Below, piece by piece: positions 41,346 to 57,510 of a stretch of DNA of 64,000 nt. The position numbers and the translations under genes were made by a program. The stretch is from the human T2T-CHM13v2.0 reference genome, Homo sapiens, in assembly GCF_009914755.1 (NCBI RefSeq), contig NC_060944.1; one strand, 5' to 3'. Position 1 is the stretch's first letter; every line of letters begins with the position of its first letter. Under the pieces are notes generated by a model. The model was not told the DNA's origin. It searched no databases and was given only the letters and a program-made list of their open reading frames with translations.

Positions 41346-42515
41346 GGCGCTCACTGGCTCCCAACCAGCGGGAGGGTCGTCGTGTGCCTGCGCCTGGGTT
41401 GGGGGAGCCTTCATGCCTAGGCCTTTCCCTCAATTTTTCCTCTTTCCCCCTCGCCCCGCACTGGGGCTTCCTGGTCGGCGCTTGCACAGGGAACTCAGTG
41501 CTGAGATTGTCTCAAGCCCCAGGAAAAATGGTGGAAAATTCACTGTCACCATTGCCAGAAAGACCGATTTATGGCCTTCTGCGTCTCTTAAGCTCCCAAT
41601 TTGGCTTCATACTTTACCTCGTGTAGGCTTTTATTCCTGAATCTTGGCTAAACTCCTTAGGTTTAACCTATTGGCCTCAAAAATATTGGACAGTTGCATT
41701 ACCTCTCTACTTCCTTATTACTATAGTAATTGGCTATGTGCTCTTGTTTGTACCCCATTCACTCGACTCCATTCGTACAATCACAGATAACTATGCTAAA
41801 AATCAACAGCAGAAGAAATACTAAGAGGAGGCCATTCCAGCATTAAGAGCTATTTCTATTTAGTGAAGTAAACCAAATTTTCTTTCTTGTAGCCAAAGAC
41901 CTTTACACCAAAAACTGAAATGTACCTGGCCATACTAATGAGAGGTGAAGCTGGCTGGGCTTCTGGGTCGGGTGGGGACTTGGAGAACTTTTCTGCACTG
42001 ACGGGGAGTGTCTGCAGCTTCATTCCTGAAGTCAGCGAGACCACCAGCCGACCGGAAAGAAGAAACAACTCCCGATGTGCCACCTTTATGAACTATAACA
42101 CTCACTGTGAAGGTCTGCGGCTTCACTCCTAAAGTCAGCGAGATCACAAACCCACGGGAAGGAAGAAACTCTGGACACATCTGAACATCTGAAGGAACAA
42201 ACTCCAGACATACCGTCTTTAAGAACTGTAACCCTCACCGCGAAGGTCCGCGGCTTCATTCTTAAAGTCAGCGAGACCAAGAACCCGCTGGAGGGAATAA
42301 ATTCCGGACACACTAACACCAAGCATTTATTTATTTATAAGTTTTTGCCATCGTAATTTTGACCATAAATTAATTCAACCATCTCTCTTATTAATAGAGG
42401 AGATGTAAAAATTGTAAATTGATCTTCTCTTAGATTATGTTCAATGAATATTGTAAGTGTTCTCATGTATTGTTAATGAACAGAATAAAATACAGCATTA
42501 CCATTAAAAAAAAAA
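41346..42515 (+). pseudogene. PIGP: Processed (retro)pseudogene of PIGP (GPI-GlcNAc transferase subunit P)
   Basis: ATG at 41528 reads [58 protein letters not shown]...[28 protein letters not shown]..., ending ...LYTKN-TGA (41916-41918), which matches PIGP. Intronless; premature TAG 41624-41626 and TAA 41822-41824; about 15-nt in-frame deletion in the FGINMMST region; +1 frameshift near 41858; AATAAA 42484-42489; A-tail 42506-42515; TSD aa(a/g)tctaggcaaga at 41332-41345 and 42517-42530. The symbol is the parent gene; which PIGPP paralogue this is cannot be told from the sequence. Confidence 0.96.
41939..42312 (+). mobile_element. Solo LTR12 (ERV9/HERV9 LTR), internally deleted, inserted in the pseudogene 3' UTR
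   Basis: Starts TGAGAGGTGAAGCTGGCTGGGCTTCTGGGTCGGGTGGGGACTTGGAGAAC, ends AATTCCGGACACA; three U5-type repeats (cttca.tc.t.aagtcagcgaga); 4-bp TSD ctaa at 41935-41938 and 42313-42316. Confidence 0.93.
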
Positions 42516-42561
42516 TAAGTCTAGGCAAGAACCATTTCAAGCCATGCTGGCAACAGAGTCA

Positions 42562-43103
<542 letters not shown>

Positions 43104-43431
43104 TCAAGCCTTACAGAGGCAAGTTGCTTGTTTGGCAAAATTCCAGGAGAGCCGTCAAATCAGAATTTGGGGACCTGGATGGAGAATTGATTTCACCTGC
43201 AACAAAGGCGACTCCCTGTGACCACATAGAAAAGACTCTGCTTTTTGGAAACCAAAGGCTGTGACCTTCACATGCAGGCTTATAGATAGGAACAAATTAA
43301 CAGGTCAGGCCAAAAAGGAGGAGATGTCAGCAGTGGCCAGTTGGAAAGTTCTGGGAGAACCACAAAATGCCAGAGTCTCTCAATTAAAGTGGAAAAACCG
43401 GCTTAGAGTGATTCAATGGTAAGATCAGGAT

Positions 43432-44068
<637 letters not shown>

Positions 44069-44312
44069 CTAAATGCTAATCACTTGAGCTAGCTTATTGA
44101 AAAGGGGACACTGTGAATTTTTATGGATAGTTGTTCCTTTTGGCTGTCCAGCCTCAGAAACACATACTCATGTCTGAAGAATTTCCCATCATATGAGTCT
44201 TGGTGGGAAGTAGAGCTCACTTCCCCACATAGAATGTGGCAGTGCTAGCTATTTGCTTTTCAGCCTCCCTTGCAGCTAAGGTTTGGGCAAGTGACCTAGG
44301 CTCAGCCAGTCA

Positions 44313-45105
<793 letters not shown>

Positions 45106-45659
45106 GACATAGGGACAGTGGAGAGGTAGTCTGGTGGTGGTGGCCATAGAAGCAGCAATATCCTGTCTCTGGGGCAGCCTGGGCAGTAGGGCCAGTGACT
45201 GTTCCTAGCATGCAGATGTGGAGCTTTAGCAGAGTCAGAGAGGCAAGTGGAAGGGTCTGGTACTCTGCACTGGAGGCAGCAGGGTCCTCACAGGCCCTGT
45301 GTTTCTGCCATTGCAGTGTCCAGGTCTGGTTCTTCAGCCTTCCCAGCAATGCCAAAAGCTCTCTGGTATCTTTTCTACTGATTCCTCTCCTGCTTAAATC
45401 TACCACAGTCAGTTTCTGTTGCTTGCATTATGAATCCCAACTTGTGGTTTGCGTGCAACCCAAATGTGGGCTACAGCTAGGCTTCACAGGGAAATAGAAA
45501 ACAGGGGCCCAGGCAGCTACTCCCTCTGCCTCCCACTTTGGTGCCTCAATTTCTCTCTCTCTATCTGTCTCTTTCTCTGTCTCTCTCAATACAACTGCCA
45601 CATACTTCTTTCCAGCTGTGGTTTTGTCTTAATTCATGGAAAGACATTATAGCTTATTG

Positions 45660-45880
45660 TTTAGGAAGCACCCACTTTGAGGTCAGAATGCCTGGATTCA
45701 AATCTCAGACGTACAGTTTACCATCCGCAAGGTTTTGGTCAAGTTACTGATCCTCTTTGGGCTCTGTTTCCTCATCTGTACAATGAGGACAACAGTTTTC
45801 CTGTTTTGAGGATGAAATCACACAACGTGTGTAAAGCCCTCACCAAGCTATTAGGCCACAGGAACCATCAGTAATTGTTG
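45660..45880 (+). mobile_element. MIR
   Basis: cctggattcaaatc...ctgtttcctcatctgta core. Confidence 0.75.
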
Positions 45881-47124
45881 CTATTGTTATCTTCATTATC
45901 AGCATTATTATCAGCACGGTTTGGGGACTTATAGAGACTACTTAAAGCAGGCATCTTAAACTTCAAATGCCTACAGGAGCCAACAGGGATGATGAAAAGG
46001 AGCCATGTATAGAACACAGGCACACACATTTTCCATAGTCCCAAGGGAAGCTCTCCCAAGGGACTGTAAAAATTGTGCGAGTGTGTGCCTGTCTAGAGGG
46101 GGCAGCCATTTCCCAGCCACAGCCATTTATTGCCATGTGGAATGTGAGCCCGGTGATGCCAGATTTTCCACTATTTCAAGAGAGGTCAGATATCCAGCTA
46201 TTTGGGGTAAGCTTGATGTTTTTCAAAAATCTAAAAAAGCACTATCCTGGCCAAAGGAAACCTTCCTGGGGCCACAGCAGGCTGCAAACGCTAATTTCTA
46301 TGTTCTAATGCAAATTTCTGGATTGAGTTGAAATTGTCAGGGAGGGAAAGTGGTTAGGCCAGGTTAATTTCATTGGCTCGATCAGGTATGGCCATGGCCC
46401 ACCACTCACCCAGTGGGGAATGTGGTGGACACTCTGACTGTGGGGTGTGGGCAGGAATGTAGTCATAGGCATACTTTAGAGAAGGAGGCAAGGACCAAAG
46501 GGGTGCCCCAAGAGTTGCTTTCCTATGGATGCCAGCACATTAAAAACAAACGCATCAGGAATGCAATAAGTCCCGATAAGTGCAAGGTTAAGAGTGAGGC
46601 TTGTTTATCTTGTTATTTATTTAAATAACAGTGTGTCTGGCGGTAGGGCATAACAGGACTAGCACAAAGGCTCAGATATATCCATGTGATTCCAGATTAT
46701 TTCCACCCTTTCACACCTCCATCCTAGCATGTAGGCCTTTGTCCTCATACTTTTCACCTCATGGTTGCAAGATGGCTGCAATTGTGACCATCACAACTAT
46801 GTTCCAGGCAGAGGGAGAGGAAATGAGAAGGAGTAACTAATGGCCCTTATGTCAGGACTTTGCAGAAATCCCCAGCATATATATATTTTTTCATCTTATT
46901 GGCCACAGCTAGTTCCCATACCCATACCTAGTGACAAAAGAAATTATGGAGGTGAGTATTTTTAGCTTGGTACATTGCAGCCCCAAAGAACATCAAGGTT
47001 TTTAAAAACCCTATTTTGGAAACAAGGAGAGAATAACCTGGAGTAGGAAATCAGCAGCCTCTGCCACCTTCTCTGAATATGCACCATGTGCCAGACCCCA
47101 GCTAAGTACTGGGATATCAGGCTA

Positions 47125-47470
<346 letters not shown>

Positions 47471-48084
47471 GAGAGATACAGAAGTTGTTGTGGAACCCAA
47501 CACAGCTGGGCCGGGTTCCAAAGTGAGAAAATCAGCGCTTTGGCTCCTTACAGATCTTCTAGGCCTCCCATCCTTCCTGCCCCTTCCCTGCCCCTCCTGC
47601 TGTCAGCGCAGTCCCACAAAGGGCAGAGTAGGGTGGAAACAATGTGTGATTAACACCAGTAGCAGTTTCAGGAGGCATCCAAGAGATGTTCCAGAGAGAA
47701 ATATGTAACTGGCACATCTGGTTTATAATGTGTATTAATTCCTGACATGTAGTTTGAGTAATATATGTAAAGCAAAAAGTCCAAGTGTTGATTTAGGGGC
47801 CTTATTATTACTCTGTCAGCAGAATTCATGTTCTATTTGTGCAGTGCTCTGGGCCCAGCACCTCACCTAGGGCAGCAGGAAGGGGAAGGCTTTCTCATGG
47901 GTGCCAGTGGATGGTGGAGGCCCCTGCTGATGGTGATAGGGATGTGGATGAGTACTTGGAGCCCCTGGTAGGGTTGGCAGAAGCTCATCTGGCAAAGAAG
48001 ATCGTGGAGCTAGACCAAGTGCCAGCTGAGGCTAGAAGCAGAGGCATCCTACCCCTCAGAGGCAGAAGTAGCTTAAAGTCTAGA

Positions 48085-48470
48085 AAACTGTGGGCTGTGG
48101 AGTTCAAAGCCAGCTCTGCCACTTCATTGCCATGTGACTTTGAGTAAGTTATTCCAGCTCTCTGAGCCTCAATTTCTGCTCCCATAAATGAGAACCATAA
48201 TAACGCCTACCTAACAGGGCTGCTGTGAGGTTTAAATAAAAACAACAGGTGCTGAGAATTTACTATGGGTCAGCGTAGTGTTGCAAGTGTTTGACATGTA
48301 TTATCTCATTGAATCCTCACAGTAATCTCATGTAGATACTATTATGATGCCCAATTTACAGTTGAAGAAATGCGGCACAGAGAGGTGAAGTAACTTGCTC
48401 AGGGTCACACAGCTAGTGACTGGCAGAGCTGGGGTTCATACCTAGACAATCTAGCCCCAGAGAACACTCA
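48085..48470. mobile_element. Two MIRs in opposite orientations
   Basis: tgtgactttgagtaagtt...(+) followed by ...cacagagaggtgaagtaacttgc (-). Confidence 0.8.
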
Positions 48471-48534
48471 CTGAGATGTTTCAACAGACAGCTATATTTT
48501 ATAGTAAGCACACAGTAAAGGGTAATTCTCTAGG

Positions 48535-49073
<539 letters not shown>

Positions 49074-49691
49074 TCATGGTATATAATTCTTTTTATCTAT
49101 CGCTGGATTTGATTAGCTAATATTTTGTTGAGGACTTTTACATCCAAGTTCATGAGAGCTGTTGGTTTGTAGTGTGCCTTCTTCTTTCCACCCTTGAGAA
49201 TCTTCCTAGGTTTGCTGTGTTGTGTCCAGGGATTTTTAGTTTTTAGGGAGAGGACCTGGGAGAAATGGAGCTATTCCATGTTGGTGGAACTGGAAATCCC
49301 ACACATTCTTTTTTTACATATATGTACTATTATACAGATGTGCTGCAATGGATTAAACCAATTTCCTGGTTAACACTTAGATTCTTTCTAATTATTTGTC
49401 GTTGTGAACAATGCCACAATGAATAAGTTTATGCATTTGTCATTTCATACTTAAAGGTAAAGGTGCTATTGTAAATTCTCAGAAATGGAATTGTTGGGAC
49501 AAAGAGCACATGTATTTTTAATTTTGATGTTTCCAAATTATCTTCTATAGGTATTGCACCAACTTATATTCCTTATTCTCCTGAGACTGCCATGCCCCCT
49601 CCACTGACTCTCTGCCGACAGATAACATGTTAGGGTCTTGCTAATCTGATAGTTTAAAAAAAGTGAAATTTATCTGAGTTTTGAGTCATAA

Positions 49692-50087
<396 letters not shown>

Positions 50088-50469
50088 TGATCCTTGTAGA
50101 AATTATCCTGAGCTGTATGTGGTGGCATGTACCTGTAGTTTCAGCTACTAAGGAGGCTGAGTCGAGAGAATTGCTTAAACCCAGGAGTTGGAATCTAGCC
50201 AGGCAGCATCACCAGAGTCCTGTCTATCTTTTAAAAATTCCCCTATCTTATCACCAGGAATTAGAGACCAAAAAAGAAAAAAAATTACCTGGTGAAGAGA
50301 GAGAGGAATAGATCTAACTTGTTGCTGTTGTTGCTTTCTATCATATGGGTACCCAGTTTTCCCGTCAACTCTCTTGAAACAGTCTATCTTATCTCCTCTG
50401 GTGTAAGATGCGACTATTATCATATACTTAATTCCTGTGTGTATTTTGGATGTATTCTAGGCTTTCTAG

Positions 50470-50982
<513 letters not shown>

Positions 50983-51064
50983 TCAAGGGATCCTCCTACT
51001 TCAGCCTCCCAATGTGCTAAGATTACAGCTGTGAGCCACCACACCCAGCCTTCTTATTTACATT

Positions 51065-52289
<1,225 letters not shown>

Positions 52290-52352
<63 letters not shown>

Positions 52353-52425
52353 GTATATATATACACGTATATATATATATATATATGTAGAGAGAGAGAG
52401 AGGGAGGGAGGGAGAGAGAGAGAGC
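52290..52425. repeat. Compound microsatellite (TA)n(TG)n(TA)n(GA)n
   Basis: Seen directly. Confidence 0.97.
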
Positions 52426-53432
52426 ACATAAGGACTGTGTATAATTATATATATTTTTTCCTTATGCCATATATATTAAAAAAGAAATATATATATATAT
52501 ATATTTTATTACTGAGTCATCTTATCCAAGAACATGACACGTTTTCCTATTGTTCAAATCTTTCATGTCCTTTGGTAATATTTTAAACTTTTCTTCATAT
52601 AAATCTCGCACCTTTATTCCCAGGTATTTTGTAAAGAAGTGTTTAAATTTCTTCACAAATTGAATCTCTGCCTCTTTTTTGTGGCTATTGCAAATGGGAT
52701 ATCTTCTTCCTTTGTGTCTTCTGATTGACTATTGTTTGCATACATGAAAGCAGTTGATGTTTATTAATTCTTTACCATGTTATTCCGTGGAATTCATTTA
52801 TTGTTGTCAGCAGTCTCGCAATTGATTCTCTTGGTGTTTTCAGTTACATAATCTTTTCCCCCAAATACTGATAGATTTATTTCCTCTTTTCCACATCAAT
52901 GCCTATAAGATGACCTAATAAGAAGAGACCTCAGTTCCCTACCCTAATAGTCTATCTGGAAAAAAGATGTCTCAACAAATTAACCATAATAAAGATACAA
53001 AGGGCAGAGTCAAGACAAGAAGCAAAGGTATCTGGAATCCCAGTCTAAGTTCATTTGCAGTGTTCTATGCAGCCTACGAGGTGAGGGCCTGCCTGCCTCA
53101 CCCTTCATTACTGTTGCTTCTCAAATAGCCAGCTTAGAGCTGCTTCTCAAAACCCAACCATAATTTTTCCAGACTGGGCTGAACCAATGAAACAAAATAT
53201 CTAACTAACAGGGGAGGGGAGAAGAGGAAGGGTGGAAATCATGCTGGCTTTCTTGGGTTTGCACTATGGCTTCTGGCTAAAATCTTCACACCAGAGCTTG
53301 CCTAACCTTTCCATGGTCTCAGGAATGGGAGAATCTACCAGAAAGACCCAGAACCTTTGTGCAACAGATCTATGTCCAAGATATATCACTAAATAGCACA
53401 TTCTTGTTACAAAACAATGTACCAAATAGGTT

Positions 53433-53570
53433 TATAATAATACTTTTCAAAAAAAGTATTTTTATTTTGAATAAAAATACTTTATTTTAAATAACATTTT
53501 ATTTTAAAATATTTAAATACTTTATTTTTATTTCAAAATAAAATACATTTTTTTGAAAAGTATTGCTATA
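53433..53570. repeat. AT-rich imperfect inverted repeat
   Basis: Left arm aatacttttcaaaaaaagtatttttattttgaataaaaata versus reverse complement of the right arm aatacttttcaaaaaaatgtattttattttgaaataaaaata. Confidence 0.9.
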
Positions 53571-53638
53571 TGCTGGTACACGCATAGAAAAAGAGATCTA
53601 GAGGAAAATTAGTTAAGATGATGTCAAAAGCAGTTATG

Positions 53639-53941
53639 AGCCAGGTGCAGTGGCTCACACCTGTAATCCCAGCATTTTGGGAGGCCAAAGTGGGAGGACT
53701 GCTTGAGTTCAGTAGTTTGAGACTAGCCTGGGCAATGTAGAAAGACTCTATCTCTACAAAAAAATTAAAAAAAATAACTGGGCATGGTGGTGTGTGCCTG
53801 TAATCTCAGCTACTTGGGAGGCTGATGAGGGAGAATTGCTTGAATCCAGGCAGGTGAGGCTGCAGTAAGCCCTGATCATACCACTGCACTCTAGCCTAGG
53901 TGACAGAGCAAGATCCTGTCTCAAAAGAGAAAAAAAGAAAG
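53639..53941 (+). mobile_element. AluJ
   Basis: Alu dimer; aaagcagttatg flanks both sides. Confidence 0.93.
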
Positions 53942-53977
53942 AAAGCAGTTATGTCTAGAGATTGTGGCTGTGAAAGA

Positions 53978-54333
53978 TGTCTTAGTCTGTTTTCTGCTAC
54001 TATAACAGAACACCACAGGCTAGGTAATCTATAAAGAACAGAAGTTTATTTGGCTCATCGTTCTGGAGGCTGGGAAGTCCAAGAACATTGCATTAGCATC
54101 TGGTGAGGGTCTTCCCATGGTGGAAGGGCAGAAGGTGGAAGCTAGTGCACAAGACAGAGAGAGGATATCGGGCTAAACTCTTTCTTTTATCAGGAGCCCA
54201 CTCCCATGAAAATTAACCCACTCCCTCAAGCCCTCATGACCTAGTCACCTCTTAAAGGCCCCACTACCCAATACCATCACATTGGTAAATAAATTTCAAC
54301 ATGAGTTTTGGAAGGGACATTCAAACCATAGCA
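53978..54333 (-). mobile_element. MSTD-type MaLR LTR
   Basis: tgtcttagtctgttttctgctactataacagaa ... cattcaaaccatagca. Confidence 0.85.
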
Positions 54334-54895
54334 AGGAATATTTATTTTCCATGTTATCTGTGTCTGTAACATTAGTGTTTTTAAGTAACAACCAGGTATT
54401 GCTTTTGTCATTAAAAAAAGAAAGATAGCTCTGACACATACTAAAATGTTTATGAATGAAAAAATGTGATTTCTGAGATTTGCTTCAAAATAATGTGGGA
54501 ATAAAGAAATGAGTGTAGGTAGAGACTAGCCATAAATTGATAAACACTGAAGTTGGATGATGGGCAAATGGGAATTTGATATATTATTTCCTCTGCTTTT
54601 GTATATACTTGAAATTTTCCATAATAAAAATATTTTAAAAGGAAGTAATTTTATAGACACAGATATGAAGAGAGAGCCACACTGTAGTTTTTAAAAGAAA
54701 CAGCATTGTATGTATGATATTGCATCTGTGTGCAATGATACTTGTGTCTCTCTCTATATTGGTATACATGTAAAAAAAAAAGACTTAGTTCAAGTAATAA
54801 TAACAAGCAAGTTTACTGAACACTTGTGAGGGTATCAGGCAGCATCTTAAGTATAGAAATCTCTATTTTCTTTTTTTTCAAAATGATATATTTAA

Positions 54896-55067
54896 GGCTG
54901 AGCGCAGTGATGCGCACCTGTAATCCCAGCACTTTGGGAGGCCGAGGAGGGCAGATCACCTGAGGCCAGGAGTTCGAGACCAGCCTGGCCAACATGGTGA
55001 AACCCCGTCTCTACTAAAAATACAAAAATTGTAATCTCAGCTACTCAGGAGGCGGAGGCAACAAAAA
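54896..55067 (+). mobile_element. Short Alu lacking most of the right arm, both TSDs intact
   Basis: TSD gatatatttaa at 54885-54895 and 55068-55078. Confidence 0.88.
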
Positions 55068-55114
55068 GATATATTTAAAGCCACTACCTGCAGGTCTTTT
55101 GGAAATTTAAGTTT

Positions 55115-55927
55115 TTGCTAGCCCAGTAAATTTTTTGACATTCTTCCCATAAAAGGGTGGTGTCATGTGCCTTCCTTTTGAACCTGGATGGGCTTCTGTT
55201 TTGACCAACAGAGTACAACAGAAATCCCACCTACCTAATGTTCACACCCTGGCTCTACCACTTGCTAATTGTGACCTGTGGCACAATATGACCTTTACGG
55301 CTCTATACCTCCTTTTCCACCTCTGTATAATGAGGATAATCATAAATACCTCATAGGATCATTGTGAAGATTAGATGAGTTGTATGTGAAATTCACAGAA
55401 CAATTTCTGGGCAGGTAGTAATTACTAAATAAATCTTTTCTTCATTAACAACAACAACAACAACAACAAGAAAGAGTATAGCAGAAATGATGCAGTGTGA
55501 TTTCAGAGGCTGAGTCGTAAAATACCATGCAGCTGCTGCCTTGTTCACTGGAATACTTACTCACAGGTTCCTGAGCCACTATGTAAGGAGTTTAACTACC
55601 CTGTGGCTGTCATGCTAGGAGGAAGCCCAAGCCACACGGAGAAGCTATGTGTAGGTATTGTGATCTACAGTCCCCACTGTGCCCAACCTTTGAGTCATCC
55701 CAGCCCAGGCACCAGACAGGTGAGCACAGAAGTCTTCAGATGATTCTAGTCCTCAACCCTGGGAGTCTTCCTCAATAAGGCCCTAAACATCATGGAGCAG
55801 AAATAAATTATCCCTATGGTGCCCTGTGTGAATTCCTGATCCTCATAATCTGTGACCAGAATACAGTTGTTTTTGTTTTATATCACTAAGTCAGATGGTT
55901 TGTTATACACAATAGATAACTGGAACA
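55115..55927 (+). mobile_element. MLT1F/G-type LTR interrupted by a MIR-containing insert (55226-55472)
   Basis: tttgacattcttcccat...tttgaccaac | insert | gcagaaatgatgcagtgtgattt ... caatagataactggaaca. Confidence 0.8.
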
Positions 55928-56414
55928 TACGGACTTTCAATTGTATGAGATAATTACATTTGGTTCTTATGGTTGAAATCACTGTAAAGAGCATTTTTGT
56001 CCTTACTCGCAGTTAATCACAGTCTTACACTGTAGTCTTGTTTACTTATATTTTTAAGTTAATCTATTCTTTTGGTTTAAATATGTCTTTAAGGAGAAAA
56101 AAGAGTATTTTTGTAACGCATAGTAGAAACAATTGCTATGAAAATTTTAAATCATGCTTTCCCATATATCATTTTAAATCATCTTGTGGCTCACCAGGGA
56201 CATATCCCACCTTCTAGGAATTACTGCATTAAGCTTTCTTCTGATCACAAAGGTTTCTCCTAACTTTTACATTTGAGAATGTATGAGGTTCCCTTCCCCA
56301 GGTTGTCATTGCATGTTGCCCCAGGACACCCTCTCTCTGAAGGAGTTCGCAGACAGAGTTCCCGTGCAGTGCATGAGACAGTTAACATTCATGGGAGGTG
56401 ACCCACATCAGGAA

Positions 56415-56840
56415 CTGTGAAGGGTCTGAGATTTTACCCTACTTACAAACTCATCAGCTAGATTATTTCCTGAATGCTGGCAGAAGACATAGACTCCTGG
56501 GTCAGAGATAAGAAACTGTATTACTTACAGAGAAAGTAGATGCTGACTTCAGGCTTACCCTGATTCCCCAAACCTCTGAAGTCCTGAGGATGTGATGCAG
56601 GTGGGCCTGCTCACACAGAGTTGTGTCACAGGAGAGGAATACTGAGCTAAGAGAAACTATTGCTTTTACAGTGAGCAGTCACAAACCTTCCCTTTGAAGA
56701 CATGACTTCATCCCTCAAGGTTGTTTTCTGCAAACACAACCCTGAGAAATGGCCTGAGTAAAGGGCAATCAGGGTCTTGCCTTCCTGGTGCACCAGCAAG
56801 AACATGCAGGGATGCTCAGAGCTCATGGATATCCCGATCA
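56415..56840. mobile_element. ERV solo LTR (MER54/MER73/MER74-like; family uncertain)
   Basis: tgtgaagggtctgagattttaccctactt...gctggcagaagaca.agactcctgggtcagaga. Confidence 0.6.
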
Positions 56841-57114
56841 CAAGCTGCATGGCCTAGGCCAGATAGGCTAGGGAGTGCTGTGAGGTCCCAGAGCTAAAAC
56901 TCCACCACTCCCTTCCCAACTCCTGAAAGCATAGCATAATGTCAGCAAAGCAGAAGGAGGGATGTTAAGGGGTTCACCTTGACTCCACTTTAATCAGTAA
57001 TAATAAAAGGCGAATGATTTGCTCACTTCAGCTTTACTTTTATTAGTACAATAATCCAAACGATGCTGAGCTTCTTCAGTTTGCACATTCAAGGGAAATC
57101 ACACTAACAGCTTC

Positions 57115-57510
57115 TGTCAATTAGTTACTGCTCTAGCAATGCCACATAACAATCAACCTCAAACTCTCAGTGGCATATGACAGTAAGCACTGGGATTACA
57201 AGTTTCCTGATCAGCTGGTGGCTCTGCTTCACTCCATAAGTAGGCTGGGTGGCTCTGCTGCACGTGACTCCCATCCTCTTCCTGGAACCAGTGGGCTAAC
57301 CAGAACATATTTAACTCTTGGAGATGATGGAATTGTAGGAGAGTTTGCCTAGCTGTGCAGGCATATTCCAAGCTCATTTGTTTTATGTCTGGTGCTATTC
57401 CATTGGCCAAAGCAAGTCTCAGGGCTGAGCCCGAAGTCAAGGGGTGAGGAAGTATACTCCATCCATGGAGGTGGAGGGGAAGGAGGAAACGTTCCTGACA
57501 ACGATGGAAT
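57115..57510 (-). mobile_element. MLT1-type LTR
   Basis: ataacaatcaacctcaaactctcagtggc...attccattggccaaagcaagtc. Confidence 0.7.

Noticed and set aside
41215-41640. 141-aa ORF and 80-aa ORF (41384-41626) over the PIGP leader
   Set aside because: The first is out of frame with PIGP and crosses the insertion boundary. The second uses a GTG start and ends at the pseudogene's premature TAG.
42010-42290. Spaced direct repeats superficially like a CRISPR array
   Set aside because: They are LTR12 U5 internal repeats in eukaryotic DNA.
47839-48147. Protein-looking ORF with a possible acceptor (tgtgcag, 47844) and donor (gtaagt, 48144)
   Set aside because: No recognisable homology, the donor lies in a MIR, and no partner exons were seen.
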